Below, in pieces: positions 26,091-37,871 of a DNA stretch of 64,000 bases (position 1 is its first letter; every line of letters begins with the position of its first letter). Under the pieces are notes generated by a model, which saw nothing but the letters and a program-made list of their open reading frames with translations, was not told the origin of the DNA and did no database searches. The DNA is taken from NCBI GenBank assembly GCA_043228905.1, contig JBHGNT010000010.1:17112001-17176000 (forward strand), read 5' to 3'. This DNA comes from Azolla caroliniana. Taxonomy: Eukaryota > Plantae > Polypodiophyta. The position numbers were made by a program, and so were the translations under genes.

Positions 26091-28217
26091 ATGAGGGGTT
26101 CGGATCTTGCAGAGGCCATGGCTTCGGCCGTGGACCGGATAGTGAGCGCGCTCGAGGGCACCAGCGCCCTTGACAGGGCTATTGAGGCGATCGTCGGTAC
26201 GATCGGCCAGTTCAGTGGAAAGGATGCCACGAGTTATTTGGCGTCCTACCGGGCAGAGATGTTGATGAGGGATATTCCGGAAGAGAGGCGTCTTGCCGGA
26301 TTCCCTCGAGTGGCGATGCCAGGCATCCATGCGGAGGTGCTCGAGGTCCGAGCGGAGAGCCGGACTTGGGAAGAGTTCGAAGGACGGCTCTTGGAGAAAT
26401 ACGGGTTGGATGATGCGCTTCGACTTTCGAAGCGGAGCTTCATGGAGTGGGTGGAGTCCCCCAACAAAGGAAGAAATGCGTCGGTACTCCTCCGGGAGTT
26501 TGAGGAACGCTTTGCGCGCCTTTCGGCGCTCGATCGGACTGTTCTGGACACATGTCGTGTCCTACTATTTGTCAAATCGGTTGACACACGGGATCGGGGG
26601 CAAGTTGGCTCCTTACTGGAAACCGAACACGGGCTGACGACCGACTGGGCCGTGGTAAAGAGAGTCTACGGCCGTTTTGACAAACGGTGGGAGTGGGCTA
26701 ATACAGAGGCGACCGGGGCGGGACCTGTCGCAGCAAGGAAGCTCAAACCGATACCGCAGGCACGAAGGGAAGAGACCCGGGAGTGGCTCGAAACCAGTTC
26801 GTCTTCGACCGGCATGATCAGAGGCTCGTCCGGGGGAACAACTCTGGAGGAGTTGACACGAGCGGTAAAGGATCTCCAAATCGCCCAGGTTCGGAGGGAA
26901 GGCGGCGATCAAGCTCGTGACCGACGGCCTCCGGCAGGAAGTAGGTGCATGTGGTGCGACGAGGTCGGCCACATCCAGAAAGACTGCGGGGACTTTATGG
27001 AGGCTTTGAGAAGCCGGGTAGTGTACATGTGGGAGGGTCGGGTGCACACCAGCGATACCCGGAGGGCCCTGAACCGAAACGACAGGAGAGGAGGAATGAA
27101 AAGGCTGATGGAAGAGGCGGCAGCCCGGCACGCGGAGACCGTCCACTACTCAGCATCAGCCGGTATTCGGGTCGGGGGCAGCGGGGTCCGGAAGGAGAAC
27201 AAAGCCGAGTTCTGGCCGACGGTGCTGGAAGGCCTCGCTGGTGCCCGACTAAAGAGAGACGAGGCGGACCGCGCGGAGAAGCGGGTCTAGGAGGTAACCG
27301 GGTGGAGTGACCCGGTCGAAGAAAAGACGGGTTTCGTCGAAGCAGCTTGCCAGAACTACGAGGCTCTGGTTGAAGACAAACGGGTAGGTAAAGACGGAGG
27401 GGCCGGACCCTCACAGAGATACGAAACCCGATTCGGGCCGAAACGGAACGAGGTCGGTGAGTCCAATGCCCGGGATAACCACAAGAAGGGCGGATATCGG
27501 TTGAGCATGGAGATCGAAAGGACCATGGACCTATGAAAGGTCCTGGAAGAACGAATCCTCGACAACAAGGTGGAACTGTCGTTGCGAGAGGTGCTCGGGA
27601 TAACCAAGAAGGAGTTCCACGACTCCATCGTGGACTTGGTGAAGAGGAAGAGGCTATCGACGGAGGTAGAACCGGACAGGCCGGTGGAAGTGCGGACGGC
27701 GCACATAGAGGACATGGCACTGGAAGACGAGTGGGCGGAGAGCCACTATTCGAGGCCACACTGGGCCCGAGCGACCACAGAAACCCCGGTGAAAATCGGA
27801 GATGTTCAGGAACTGGTGGTGGCACTGGTGGACCACGGTTCGGAAATAAACCTGATGTCCATGGACTTCTACAAAAAGGGGAAATGGCCGATCAACACTA
27901 AGCACGGGTGGAAGATACAGGCGGCGACGCGCGCCACCGAGGAACTACACGAGGCCTGCCCAAACGTGCGAGTCAAGATCGGCGACGTCGAAATAGACCA
28001 GCACTTCTTTGTGCAAGAAACGTCCTTGCACCCGGTCATTCTAGGGGAACTGTACATTACGGCGGCGCGAATGGAGACCAAGGTGCTAGACAATGGGTCG
28101 GCTTACGCGAGGGTCAAGAGCCAGGACGGGCGTCATTCGGTCCAGTTCCTGACGGTACGACCCAACCACGAGTGAAACTGCGAGTCCCTCGGTGGCGAGA
28201 ACTGAGAAGATTTTTAG
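26091..28217 (+). pseudogene. gag-pro: Element E ORF1: gag (CCHC knuckle) + linker + aspartic protease, several in-frame stops
   Basis: CMWCDEVGHIQKDC; ALVDHGSEINLM; premature stops near 27288, 27534, 28173 and 28203 relative to the copy in element H. Confidence 0.85.
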
Positions 28218-31200
28218 AGAGGGCTGCCAAGGCGTGGGGCCGCGATAGTCCGGACACTCCGGGAAAACCCCACAAATGTACGATAAAAGCGAAACCAAAG
28301 AATCCTTGTACGATAAGTAGGAAGTTTTGATTCTCCGACAATGGAGGGTGTACGATAGTCGGCGTCGTAGGCCGAGAAAAGACAAGGGCGGAAGAGCGAC
28401 TTCGGGCGTGCGGAGTTCTCGGGCCCAGCGAGGAAATCAACAGAGCCGTGGAGGCGGTCTCCTTCGATGATACCTTGGGAATACTACGAGAGGTGGTCGG
28501 AGAGGGCCTTAAAGAGGACCGGACGATACCGGTTTGTTCAGAAGAGATGTATGAAGTCATCGCGGACTTCAGTCGAGGGCTCGAGTCGGATCGGATGGCC
28601 CGGGTTAACACGAAGTACAAGACTGTGGACCGGAAGGTAAGGCCAGTCGCGGCACCCTTACCGGAGGGCAGCGAGTTGCGAATCGAGGGGGTCGCGTTGG
28701 ACCCCAGTTTACGTGATCCGGCCTGCATAGGATACACCTTCACCGACAGAACGCTACGGGAGCTCAAAATCGGTGGGGGCGGGTTCCTACTGTCGGCGGA
28801 AGAAGACGGGTTTCGGAGAATGCTCGGAAGGCACGGGAAAGCCTTCGCATTCTCGCCGGAAGAAATCGGGTGCGTAGACCCGACAGTCGTGAAGCCGATG
28901 GTGATATTCACGGTACCGCGTGTACCATGGAATCTCAAGCCAATTTCGGTACCGAGAGCTCACATCCCGGAGCTGATGGAGCTATTGAGGCAGAAAGTTA
29001 ATATGGGCATCCTCGAACCGTCGAGTGCCCCGTACTCGAACCGGTGGTTTACTGTACCGAAGAAGAACAGGACGTTGCGCTTCATTCAAGACCTGCAGCC
29101 GGTCAACAGAGTGACCATTTGGAACGTAGGAATCGGACCAACGATAGACGAGTTCGCGGAGGCCTTTGCCGGATGGTCGATCTACTCGGTCGGTGATCTG
29201 TACTTGGGGTACGATCAGTTCCAACTAGCCGTAGAGAGCAGAGACATTACGACGATGCGGACTCCTCTCGGCCTAGTGCGGATGTGCACCCTGCCGCAAG
29301 GAGGGACGAACTCGGTGGCCCACCTGGTGAATGCGATGAACAAGGTGCTGAGGGATTGTATCCCGGACATCACCATGCCATTCTTGGATGACATCCCAAT
29401 CAAGGGATGTCTGGTGGAGGAAAAGGACGAAACGATCAGACCGGACGGATGCTGGAAATTCGTGGCAACACACATTGACGACTGCGAGAGGGTGCTGCAG
29501 AGGCTAGAGGACGCGAGGCTCACCTTCTCCGGGGAAAAATCGGCCTTCGGGCAATCAGAGATCATGGTCGTCGGACATCTATGCGGATCGTATGGCCGGA
29601 AACCGTCTCCAACAAAGGTGGAAGCCATCTCTGCTATGAAGCCCGACTGTAACTCGGTCACGGAGGTACGGAGGTTCTTGGGAGCATGCGCGTTCTACCA
29701 CATATGGATCCCGCATTACGCCCACGTTGCCGAGCCGCTATACGTGTTGCTGAAAAAGGGGCAAAAATTCGAGTGGCGAGACGAGCATACGGAGACGGTG
29801 CGAAAGATGAAGGAGGCTCTTGCTGCGGCTCCGGCACTCCGGAAGGCTGTCTACGAGAAAGGCACTCCCGTCTACATAACGGTAGATACGAGTCCGACCA
29901 GGATCGGATGGGTTGTCAACCAAGAAGACGAGGACGGCATCCGGTTCCCAATCCGGTTCGGCGCGAAGGTCCTCAGCGAGCGACAGCGAGGATACGCCCA
30001 GGTTAAACGCGAACTCTGGGGTATCGTTTCGGCGGTAAAGGCCGATAAAGACTATCTGATTGGGACAGAGGTGATTATCGAGACAGACTGCCTGCCGATT
30101 CTCGGCATGGTTTCCGGATGTGCAACCCCGGACCTGGCGATGCTCAGGTGGATAGCGTACATCAAGTCCCTGGATCCGGAAATACGACACATTTCCGGGA
30201 AAGACAATGCAATGGCCGACATGCTTTCGAGGGCGCGATTCAACGACGAGGGCGGCATGGTTTCGGATGACAAGGAAGTCGGCGTAGACTTCTTCGAGGC
30301 GGCTTACGTAAGAACCGAGGGGGGGAGCACTCCGGCGCTTAACGATTTCAACGAGAGCAAGTACGATGGGGAGTGGCTGCAGATTGGGGGATTCTTAAGG
30401 ACAATGATGCCGGACGTATCGTGGACAAGGGACGAGGCCAACCGGATCCGGAAGAAAGCATACCGGTTCTTTCTCCGGGACGGATACTTGTGGAAGCACC
30501 CGAAGAAGAGGAACGACATCCCACTCCGAGTAGTGGCGACAAAGGAGGAACAGGAGGAATTGCTGAAGGCCTACCACGACAGCCCTGGGCTGGGCATCGT
30601 GGGATGTGGGCTACGTTCGAGAAGCTGAAGGGGAAGTACTGGTGGCCGGGACTGTACCGGGACGTGCATCGGTTCGTGACAACTTGTGACAGCTGTCAAG
30701 TGCACTCCATAGTCCGACATCGAGACGAGCTTCACCCCACATACCCTCCGGCCATCCACTTCAAATGGATGATAGATTTGGTGACGATGCCGATGGGCGT
30801 AGGGCAGATGCGATATCTGGTGCTGGCCCGGGAGGACCTGACGAACCAGGTGGAAGGCTGAGCCCTACAGAACAAAATGACCGTGGCCGTGTGTCGGTTC
30901 CTGATCGAGGACGTGATATGCCAGTACGGGTGCGTCGGAAAGATCGTGGCTGACCGCGGGGAGTTGGACGCCGAAGAGGCCGAGGAGCTGTTCAACCGGT
31001 TTGGGGTCAAGCTCTCGCTCACCACAGCGTACAATCCGGAGGCAAACGGGAAGGTAGAGCGCGGGCACGGGCCAATCGTCAAAGCGCTAGTCCGGGCATG
31101 CGGAGACCAGGTCGGGAACTGGCCACGGTTGTTACCTTACGCCTTGTGGGCGGACCGGACAATGCACAGTTCGGTAACCGGGTTCATGCCGTCAGAGCTC

Positions 31201-31794
31201 ATGTTCGGACAGAAGCCGATCATGCCGATGGAACGGACGATCTCCTCTTGGGCGACAGTAGACTGGAGTGACGAAATGAGTCGGGAAGAACTGCTAGCGG
31301 CGCGTATACGGCAGCTCGAGCGGAGGCCAGAGGACGTGGAACGAGCGGCGGAGAGACTTCGGGCGGCGAGGATGAAGAACAAAGCCCGGTTCGACCGGAC
31401 GCACCGGCTCCGACCGAAGAAAATCGAAGAAGGCGACTGGGTGCTAGTTTACGACAGCAGCCTCGACAACCAGCACCGAGCAACACGGAAGTTCGCGAAG
31501 CGATGGTTCGGGCCTTACGTGGTAATGAGCGCCAACGACAACGGGACGTATCACCTGGCGGAACTCGACGGTACGAGGATGGCGATGCCGGTAGCAGGGA
31601 AGCAGGTCAAAGTGTTCCAGAAACGCCACGACGACGAACCGGATCTAAGAGGCTTGGACAGCGAAGACGAACAGTCCGAAATGGAGGGCGAACCGATGGA
31701 CGAAGAAACGGGACCCAGACCGGTTTTCTCCAACCAGAAACCAAATTTGGCACATACCGGTGGATGCGCGGTTAGGTGGGGGCGGATGTCGTGA
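28208..31794 (+). pseudogene. pol: Element E ORF2: RT-RNase H-integrase, in the -1 frame relative to ORF1
   Basis: LPQGGTNS, PFLDDIPI, ITVDTS (RNase H), integrase HHCC (HRG...CDSC), VADRGE, NPEANGKVERGH, WFGPYVV. One frameshift near 30585 and stops at about 28328 and 30859. Confidence 0.88.
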
Positions 31795-33935
31795 AGAAAA
31801 CCGTCCCTTGGCGCAATCGGTGAATAGCACACGTGAACCGGCCGTTCACGTGTGCGCACCCTTAATGTATATAATAGAGAATTAGGTACAGAGAGAGATC
31901 CGGGGTAGTTAGATTCGGTAGGTAGGAAGTAAATGAGGGAGACGGCTCCCTTCTAGACGCTATAAAGGAGAGGGAGACGCAAGGAGAAGGGATCGCGCAT
32001 TGAGGAGGAGGAAGTGTTGTCGGACCGGAACCGAACGCTTCTCCTCTGTCTGTTCTCTATTGCTCTTCTCTGCAGGTTTCGGGAGGCTCGCGCTGCTTCG
32101 AGGAACACCCATGTGCTTCCGGAAGCACCTCCATCCTATCCCCATTTCGTGCGCAGACGAACAGGCATCGGCATCTGTTCGCCGGCCTGTTCGGTTGTAG
32201 CCGCTCGCGTGTTCTGCTATGTACTTGTTATTCGTTAATATACAAACACTTGTCTCTCCCTGTCTCTGTGTCCATTCGCATCTTCTGTGTTGACGGGCCA
32301 CGCCCCTGCGTTTCTTTGCTCATACGTGACCGGGCGTCTCTCTCCTTCTCTTTCCCCTTCTATCACCTGCTCTTCGGTTCAAGACCCCGGTGGTCCCGCC
32401 TCGTTTCTCCACGCACACGTGTAGTAACGCGACAACGCTCCACCATTCGAATGCACCTAGCTGAAAACGTCTACTTTAGCATGACAAAAGAGACGACAAT
32501 GTTCTCATTATGGGAGAAGCTACAAGCCATGTACGAGAAAAATTCCTCATCTTCAAAACTAATATTGATCAAACAACTGTTCAACATGAAGATGAGAGAA
32601 ACCGATCCGGCTACTTCTCACATCAACAACTTCAACCGGGTGTTGTCATAACTCTCCTCACAAGGGATCAACTTCGAAGAAGAAGTGAAAGCCCTTGCCC
32701 TCCTATCTAGCTTGCCTGCGAGTTGGGAGGTATTCTGCACGACATACGCCAATAGTCGACCGATCCTAAATTTGGATGAGATGAACGGCCAAGTCCTCAC
32801 CGAGGACAATCCGCAAAAATCAATGGGACTTACCATCGATGAATCGGCAGAAGCCCGTCACTCAACCGAGTCGTTCGACCGATATAGTCGAACGAGAGAA
32901 CAAGCTGACAGAATTGGTCGGAATACCAACCGATCAAAAACTAGGGGAGACCGACAACGGTCAAAGTCGGGAATGGGCCGATCAAGCGAATTCTGCACAC
33001 ACTGCTGGAAAGTTGGCCAAAATGTTTTAGACTGTTGGTCAATCAAGAGGAAAGAGAGTGGTCGGCGATCCAAGCGAAATCCAGGCCGACTCGACTCAAA
33101 CCACTAATGTTCTTGCCTTTTTTTCTATTTGACGATGGAGTCAAATCTATGCTTAGAGGAATGGGGCTCAATCCAACCTTAGCATCATTGGACCTCTCAA
33201 GAGGATCATTCTTATCCAAATTCACATGAAATAAAAATGTGGGGAACATTTGTTTTAGTTATGCAAAGTTCAAAGCACTTGAAACATTGTTTTGAGGCTC
33301 ATAAACTGTATACATTTGATGGTCACAACCTTATATACAAGTGTATATTGTTTGCAAGACAACCTCCATAACGAGAAGTACCATGTTGTACAACTACTTG
33401 TACCCATTAGTGGTGATCAATCCATAAGGGGTCGTGAACGTAGCGGAAAAGACCGACCCAAACTTATGGCATGGCCAACTCGATCGGTTGATGGTGGTCG
33501 GCTACATGCCTAAACTCCAAGCAAAGAAGAACTTATGCGAGCATTGTCGATCTGCGAAACAGACCCGAAGTCCGCACTCTCTCCACTACGAGACAGTACG
33601 ACAACCCCTAGAGCTCGTGCACACAGATATATGTGGGCCCATGCCAGAGCGATCACTAAGAGGCTCCCGGTACTTCATCACCTTTGTAGATGAATGTACA
33701 CGAAAGGTCTGGGCCTACTCGATTACGTCCAAAGACAAAGCACTCGAGGTCTTCACTCGGTGAACATCTAGGTCGGTATGGGTGTGTCCGGAAGATTGTG
33801 ACCGACCGAGGGGAGCTGGACACGCAAGAAGCCAAGGAGCTATTCGAGCGACTAGCGGTCAAGCTTTCCCTCATGACGGCATACAATCCGGAGGCTAACA
33901 GGAAAGTTGAACACGAACACAGGCCGATCGTGAGA

Positions 33936-34240
33936 GCATGCGACAGACGAGTTGGAAATTGGCCGAGACTTCTTCCATATGCTTTGTGGGTTGACCGAAC
34001 TATGCACAGTTCAGTAACCGGATACATGCCAACGAAACTTATGTTTGGATAGAAGCCGATCATGCCAATAGAGAGAACAATAACATCATGCTGACAGATG
34101 AGTTGGAAATTGGCCAAGACTTCTTCCATATGCTTTGTGGGTTAACCAAACTATGCACAGTTCGGTAACCGGATACATGCCAATGGAACTTATGTTTGGA
34201 TAGAACCCAATCATGCCGATAAAGTGAACGATAACATCAT
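33936..34240 (+). repeat. 151-bp tandem duplication within the integrase remnant of element B
   Basis: GACAGA(C/T)GAGTTGGAAATTGGCC at 33942 and 34093; both copies carry the same GGA-TAG stop. Confidence 0.85.
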
Positions 34241-37200
34241 GGATGTCGGTCGACTGGTCGGACGAGATGAGTTGGGAGGAGCTGCTAGTAGCATGGATAC
34301 GCCAACTCGAATGAAGACTGGAGAACGTCGAATGACTGAAAGAACAGGTGAAAAAGGTGTGGATGAAGAACAAAGGACGGTTCGACCAGACACACCGATT
34401 GTGGCCAAGGAAGATCGAGGAAGGCGACTTGGTGTTCGTCTATGACAACAACCTCTACAACCAGCACCGGTTGACCCAGAAGTTTGCAAGACGGTGGTTC
34501 GGGCAGCAATGACAATGCGACTTACCACCTTGCGGAGCTCAACAGAACGAGGACCACGATACTAGTTATAGGAAATGGATAGAGGCCTTTAAGAAACAAT
34601 ACAAACCTGAACTGAAGCCGGAGATGGGAGACGAGACTGAAGGGTTGGACAAAGACTAGACTGGAGACAGATCGGACGAAGATTAGTAGTAGCAAAACCA
34701 GAACCCCCACTGCTTCACTACTCAGCACATGCCGGAGGATGTGCGGTTTGGTAGGGGTGGATGTCATCAGGGATTCCGGCCTCGGGGAGAAAGGGAGTCA
34801 CATGTGTGTGAATGGAGATGTGCAAGGATGCACATGAACAAGGCTTAATGCACATATAAACATATGTAAATATCGACAAAGACAAGTAAATATAGGTATA
34901 ATATTTATAAGTACTAGGTAGAGTAGTTAATGGGTGCTTTAATGGCCCATAGAAAGAGAGGAATAATAGGATATGATGTGAGAGAGAATCAAGGAAGAAT
35001 TGCTGACAGAAAATGGTTGCCATTAAGCATGATGTAACCGCAACCACTTGTGCTATAAAAGGGGAGGTTTTGAACTATTGTAGGGATCCATCGTTTTGGA
35101 GAGAGAAGTGTTGTCGGTTTGAGATCTAGAGCTCTATCGTTCTCCCTGTTTTGCTCTATATTGATTTGGAAGGGAGGTGAGGCCTCTACTCGCGTAAGAA
35201 GCCTGTGTGCTCCCGACCAAAGGCTCATCGTTCTGTGTGTGTGTGTGTGTGTGTGTAGAGCTTGAAGCTCTATTACCGGCCGAGTCCAGTTGTATTTCTC
35301 TCTGTTTTAAGTCAATCCATTATCTTTGTTGCTTCCGCATTCTTTGTGTCATCGTGTGTCTCTTTGCTTTTGCTTACGCTCTTAACTCTGGTTCCTTCCA
35401 TTTGCGTGCTTATCTAAGCCTTCAAGACCGCACACTCATTGTTCGGTATCCGGCAACAGGTCCGGAATAATTCATGTATTCGAGCCTATGTGTTCATCAT
35501 CCGGTATCAGGCAACAGGTTCAGAATGGTTCACACACCCGAGCCCATGCGTTCGTGATCTAGAGTCCGACGATAGGTCCGAATCAGTTGCATGCCTGAAC
35601 CCGCGTGTTGGTAACGATATCTTGCAAGCGATCCGGAAAGCACCTCTCTCCCTTTCCCCTCTCTATCGGGCTCCTTGGTACAAGACCCCCCTATCCGACA
35701 AGTACCCGCGGAATACCGTGACACTGTGGTGTAGGATTACCTACTGAGAGAGTGTATGAGACACAATATTACGGTAGTTGTACATAATATGAGGGCTTGA
35801 CCAAACTGATTAGAGAGGGTTTTGAATTATAATAGATTATAGAGACCAAGGTGGCTATGAATTAAGGAAAACAACATAAGAAATTAAGCGGGATTAGGAG
35901 ATGAAGAAGCATATAAACATATATATGGCTTATAATTTATAAATAAATAAGAAACTTTAAAGAGGATGGTTACAACCATGTAGAGAAAGCAAAAGAAAAA
36001 TTTAAAATATAGAAGTCATCAACCTAGTATAATTAAGGGTGATTTCCTCTACAAACGTTAATGATGCACATCCACCTCCCTTCAAACAGAAATTACTCTG
36101 AGGTTGTAGATTTGTTTTCCTTAAAATTTCCATTAGTTGTAAGTCTCCAAAAGATAAAGATTTTGATATATTACACGTCCAAAACAGAGCTCATACGACC
36201 TTTGTAGAATTGTTTGAAGTTTTTAGATCTGTCATCGGACCTGTCGACCTTTGTAGAGTTGTTTGAATTTAGCATGTAAGGGCTTGTTGGAATCGCCTTT
36301 TAACAAGGATATACAATAATTAGAGAGAATACAAATATATAAAGAGAAATGACGTAATTAAGGCGACTGATGAACTTCCACAAAACAACTCTATTCTCTT
36401 GAAATTCTTCAACTTCAACAACAATTTTAATCACAATTGATTCTACAATTGGATAACAACATCAGTATATAAACCACTAATATTGATTAGAATGAAAACT
36501 AATACAATAAAACACTCGCCTCTAGCTTCCCGCCACTAACTTTTAACTTCTGGCCTCTAGCTTCTCATTTTTTATAGTGCTTCCTTCCTCATACGTTGTC
36601 GTGGAGAAAACCGTCCCTAGGCGGAAATCGGGTGTAACATGCGTAAACCGGCCCTTACACATGGGCACAAGTTTTGTTGTGTAGTACGCAGATAGGTACA
36701 AGTCGGCTAAGGTGAAATCCTAGCTAACACGCATTCATTAGGGAGAAAATCGAGGCGTATCCCTATCCGAAAGGACAGGGAATAAACATGATGTAACGGG
36801 TAGTAACGGCCTCCCTCCTTGGGCTATAAAAGAGAGGGAGAAGAAAAAAAAGGGGGGGGGGATCGCGTTTTTGTGGAGGAAGAAGTGTTGCGAACTGGAA
36901 CCGAGCTCTTCTCCTTTGTCCTCTCCATAGTCGTTCTGTGCAGGTTTCGGGTGGCTAACTCTACTCCGCGGAACACGCCCGAGTGCTTCCGGCAGAGTCT
37001 CCATCTCGCGTTCTGTGTGTGAGTGTGTGTGTGCAGGTGTCGGAGCCTATCACTCGTCGGCTTGCTAGTTGTAACTCCTTGATTAATATATACACGTATA
37101 TTCATTTTGTCTCCATTGTTCGGAGTTAGTTGCAACTCCTGTAAATCTGTGTGTCTGTGTGCGTGCAGATTACATTGGTAGTTTCCTTCCCCTCTTCTCA

Positions 37201-37871
37201 TTCGGTTATTTCTCGGTCCAAGGCCCCCGTGGTCCCCCCTCGTTCTCCATGCACGTGCGTAACAACGCAACATATTTGGTGAACCCGACGTGAACAGGCG
37301 GTAGAGGATTAGAAAGATGAGAGGGTCGGATCTTGCAGAAGCCATGGCTTCGGCTGTGGATCGGATAGTGAGCGCGTGCAAAGGCACAAGCGCCCTCGAT
37401 AGGGCTATTGAAGCAGTCTTCAGCACGGTAGGCCGGTTCGCTGGGAAGGATGTTGTCAGAACCAAGGATAAAAGATAGAGTGATGGAAGAAGGATATTAG
37501 AGAACATGAGAAGAAAGGAACGAAATACTAAGAGAAGAATGGATGTATAAGATAGAGAAAGAAAGAGAATGGATACAAGATATGTAATGAGAGCTAAAGT
37601 CTGGTGTTGATTCGAATTGATTTGAGAATACATGTATGCCCTTATTTATAGGTTCCTATAGAATAGCTTAGAGATTTCTAGAATGTTCTAGACCTAGAAT
37701 GCTCTAGGACATTCTAGAACATTCTAGAATAATCTAGAGGTTTTACAATAATCAATGTAATGCAAGAAGTAGCTTTTATTGTTTCATATAACAATAAGTT
37801 GTCTTAATGGTTGAGGTTTTCAAGTATGGATTACAAGGTTCGAGGTTCAAGTCCGGGTGACGCCATAATGG

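Larger units (their letters stand above)
25367..32434 (+). mobile_element. Element E: full-length tRNA-Trp-primed Ty3/gypsy (Phygy-like) element with two non-matching LTRs (25367-26046 and 31787-32434)
   Basis: TGTCGTGAAGA...AACGCGACA termini; PBS TGGTGAACCCGACGTGA at 26051; PPT AGGTGGGGGCGGA at 31774; TSD ACGC/ACGC. Confidence 0.92.
24761..33765 (+). mobile_element. Element C: 3'-truncated Ty1/copia element (5' LTR ~24761-25077), interrupted by element E
   Basis: PBS TGGTATCAAAG (tRNA-iMet type) at 25080. Gag MASTSGTVVEIQKFDYKNFALWK...DEIAR|STIRMHLAENV... is split by E. CCHC remnant CTHCWKVGQNVLDC. Copia integrase start LWHGQL...CEHC...PLELVHTDICGP...YFITFVD at 33434-33763. No RT and no 3' LTR. 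LTR start is approximate. Confidence 0.85.
22229..35723 (+). mobile_element. Element B: old, degenerate tRNA-Trp-primed Ty3/gypsy element. Truncated 5' LTR ~22229-22948; 3' LTR 34762-35723. Hosts the solo LTR, Copia C and element E
   Basis: LTR homology (22230 vs 34932 onward); PBS at 22953; gag remnant 22993-24655 (MRGSELAEAM...; CMWYDRVGHIRRDC); RNase H fragment ~24665-24760; integrase remnant ~33770-34690; PPT-like GGTAGGGGTGGA before 34762. Confidence 0.8.

Noticed and set aside
31700-31786. Extra or env-like ORF between integrase and 3' LTR in the Trp-primed family
   Set aside because: The gap is under 100 bp in all copies, so there is no room for one.
36285-36596. Possible LTR starting TGTTGGAATC that was interrupted by element F and continues after 56683
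   Set aside because: No matching CA terminus or TSD could be found on the far side.
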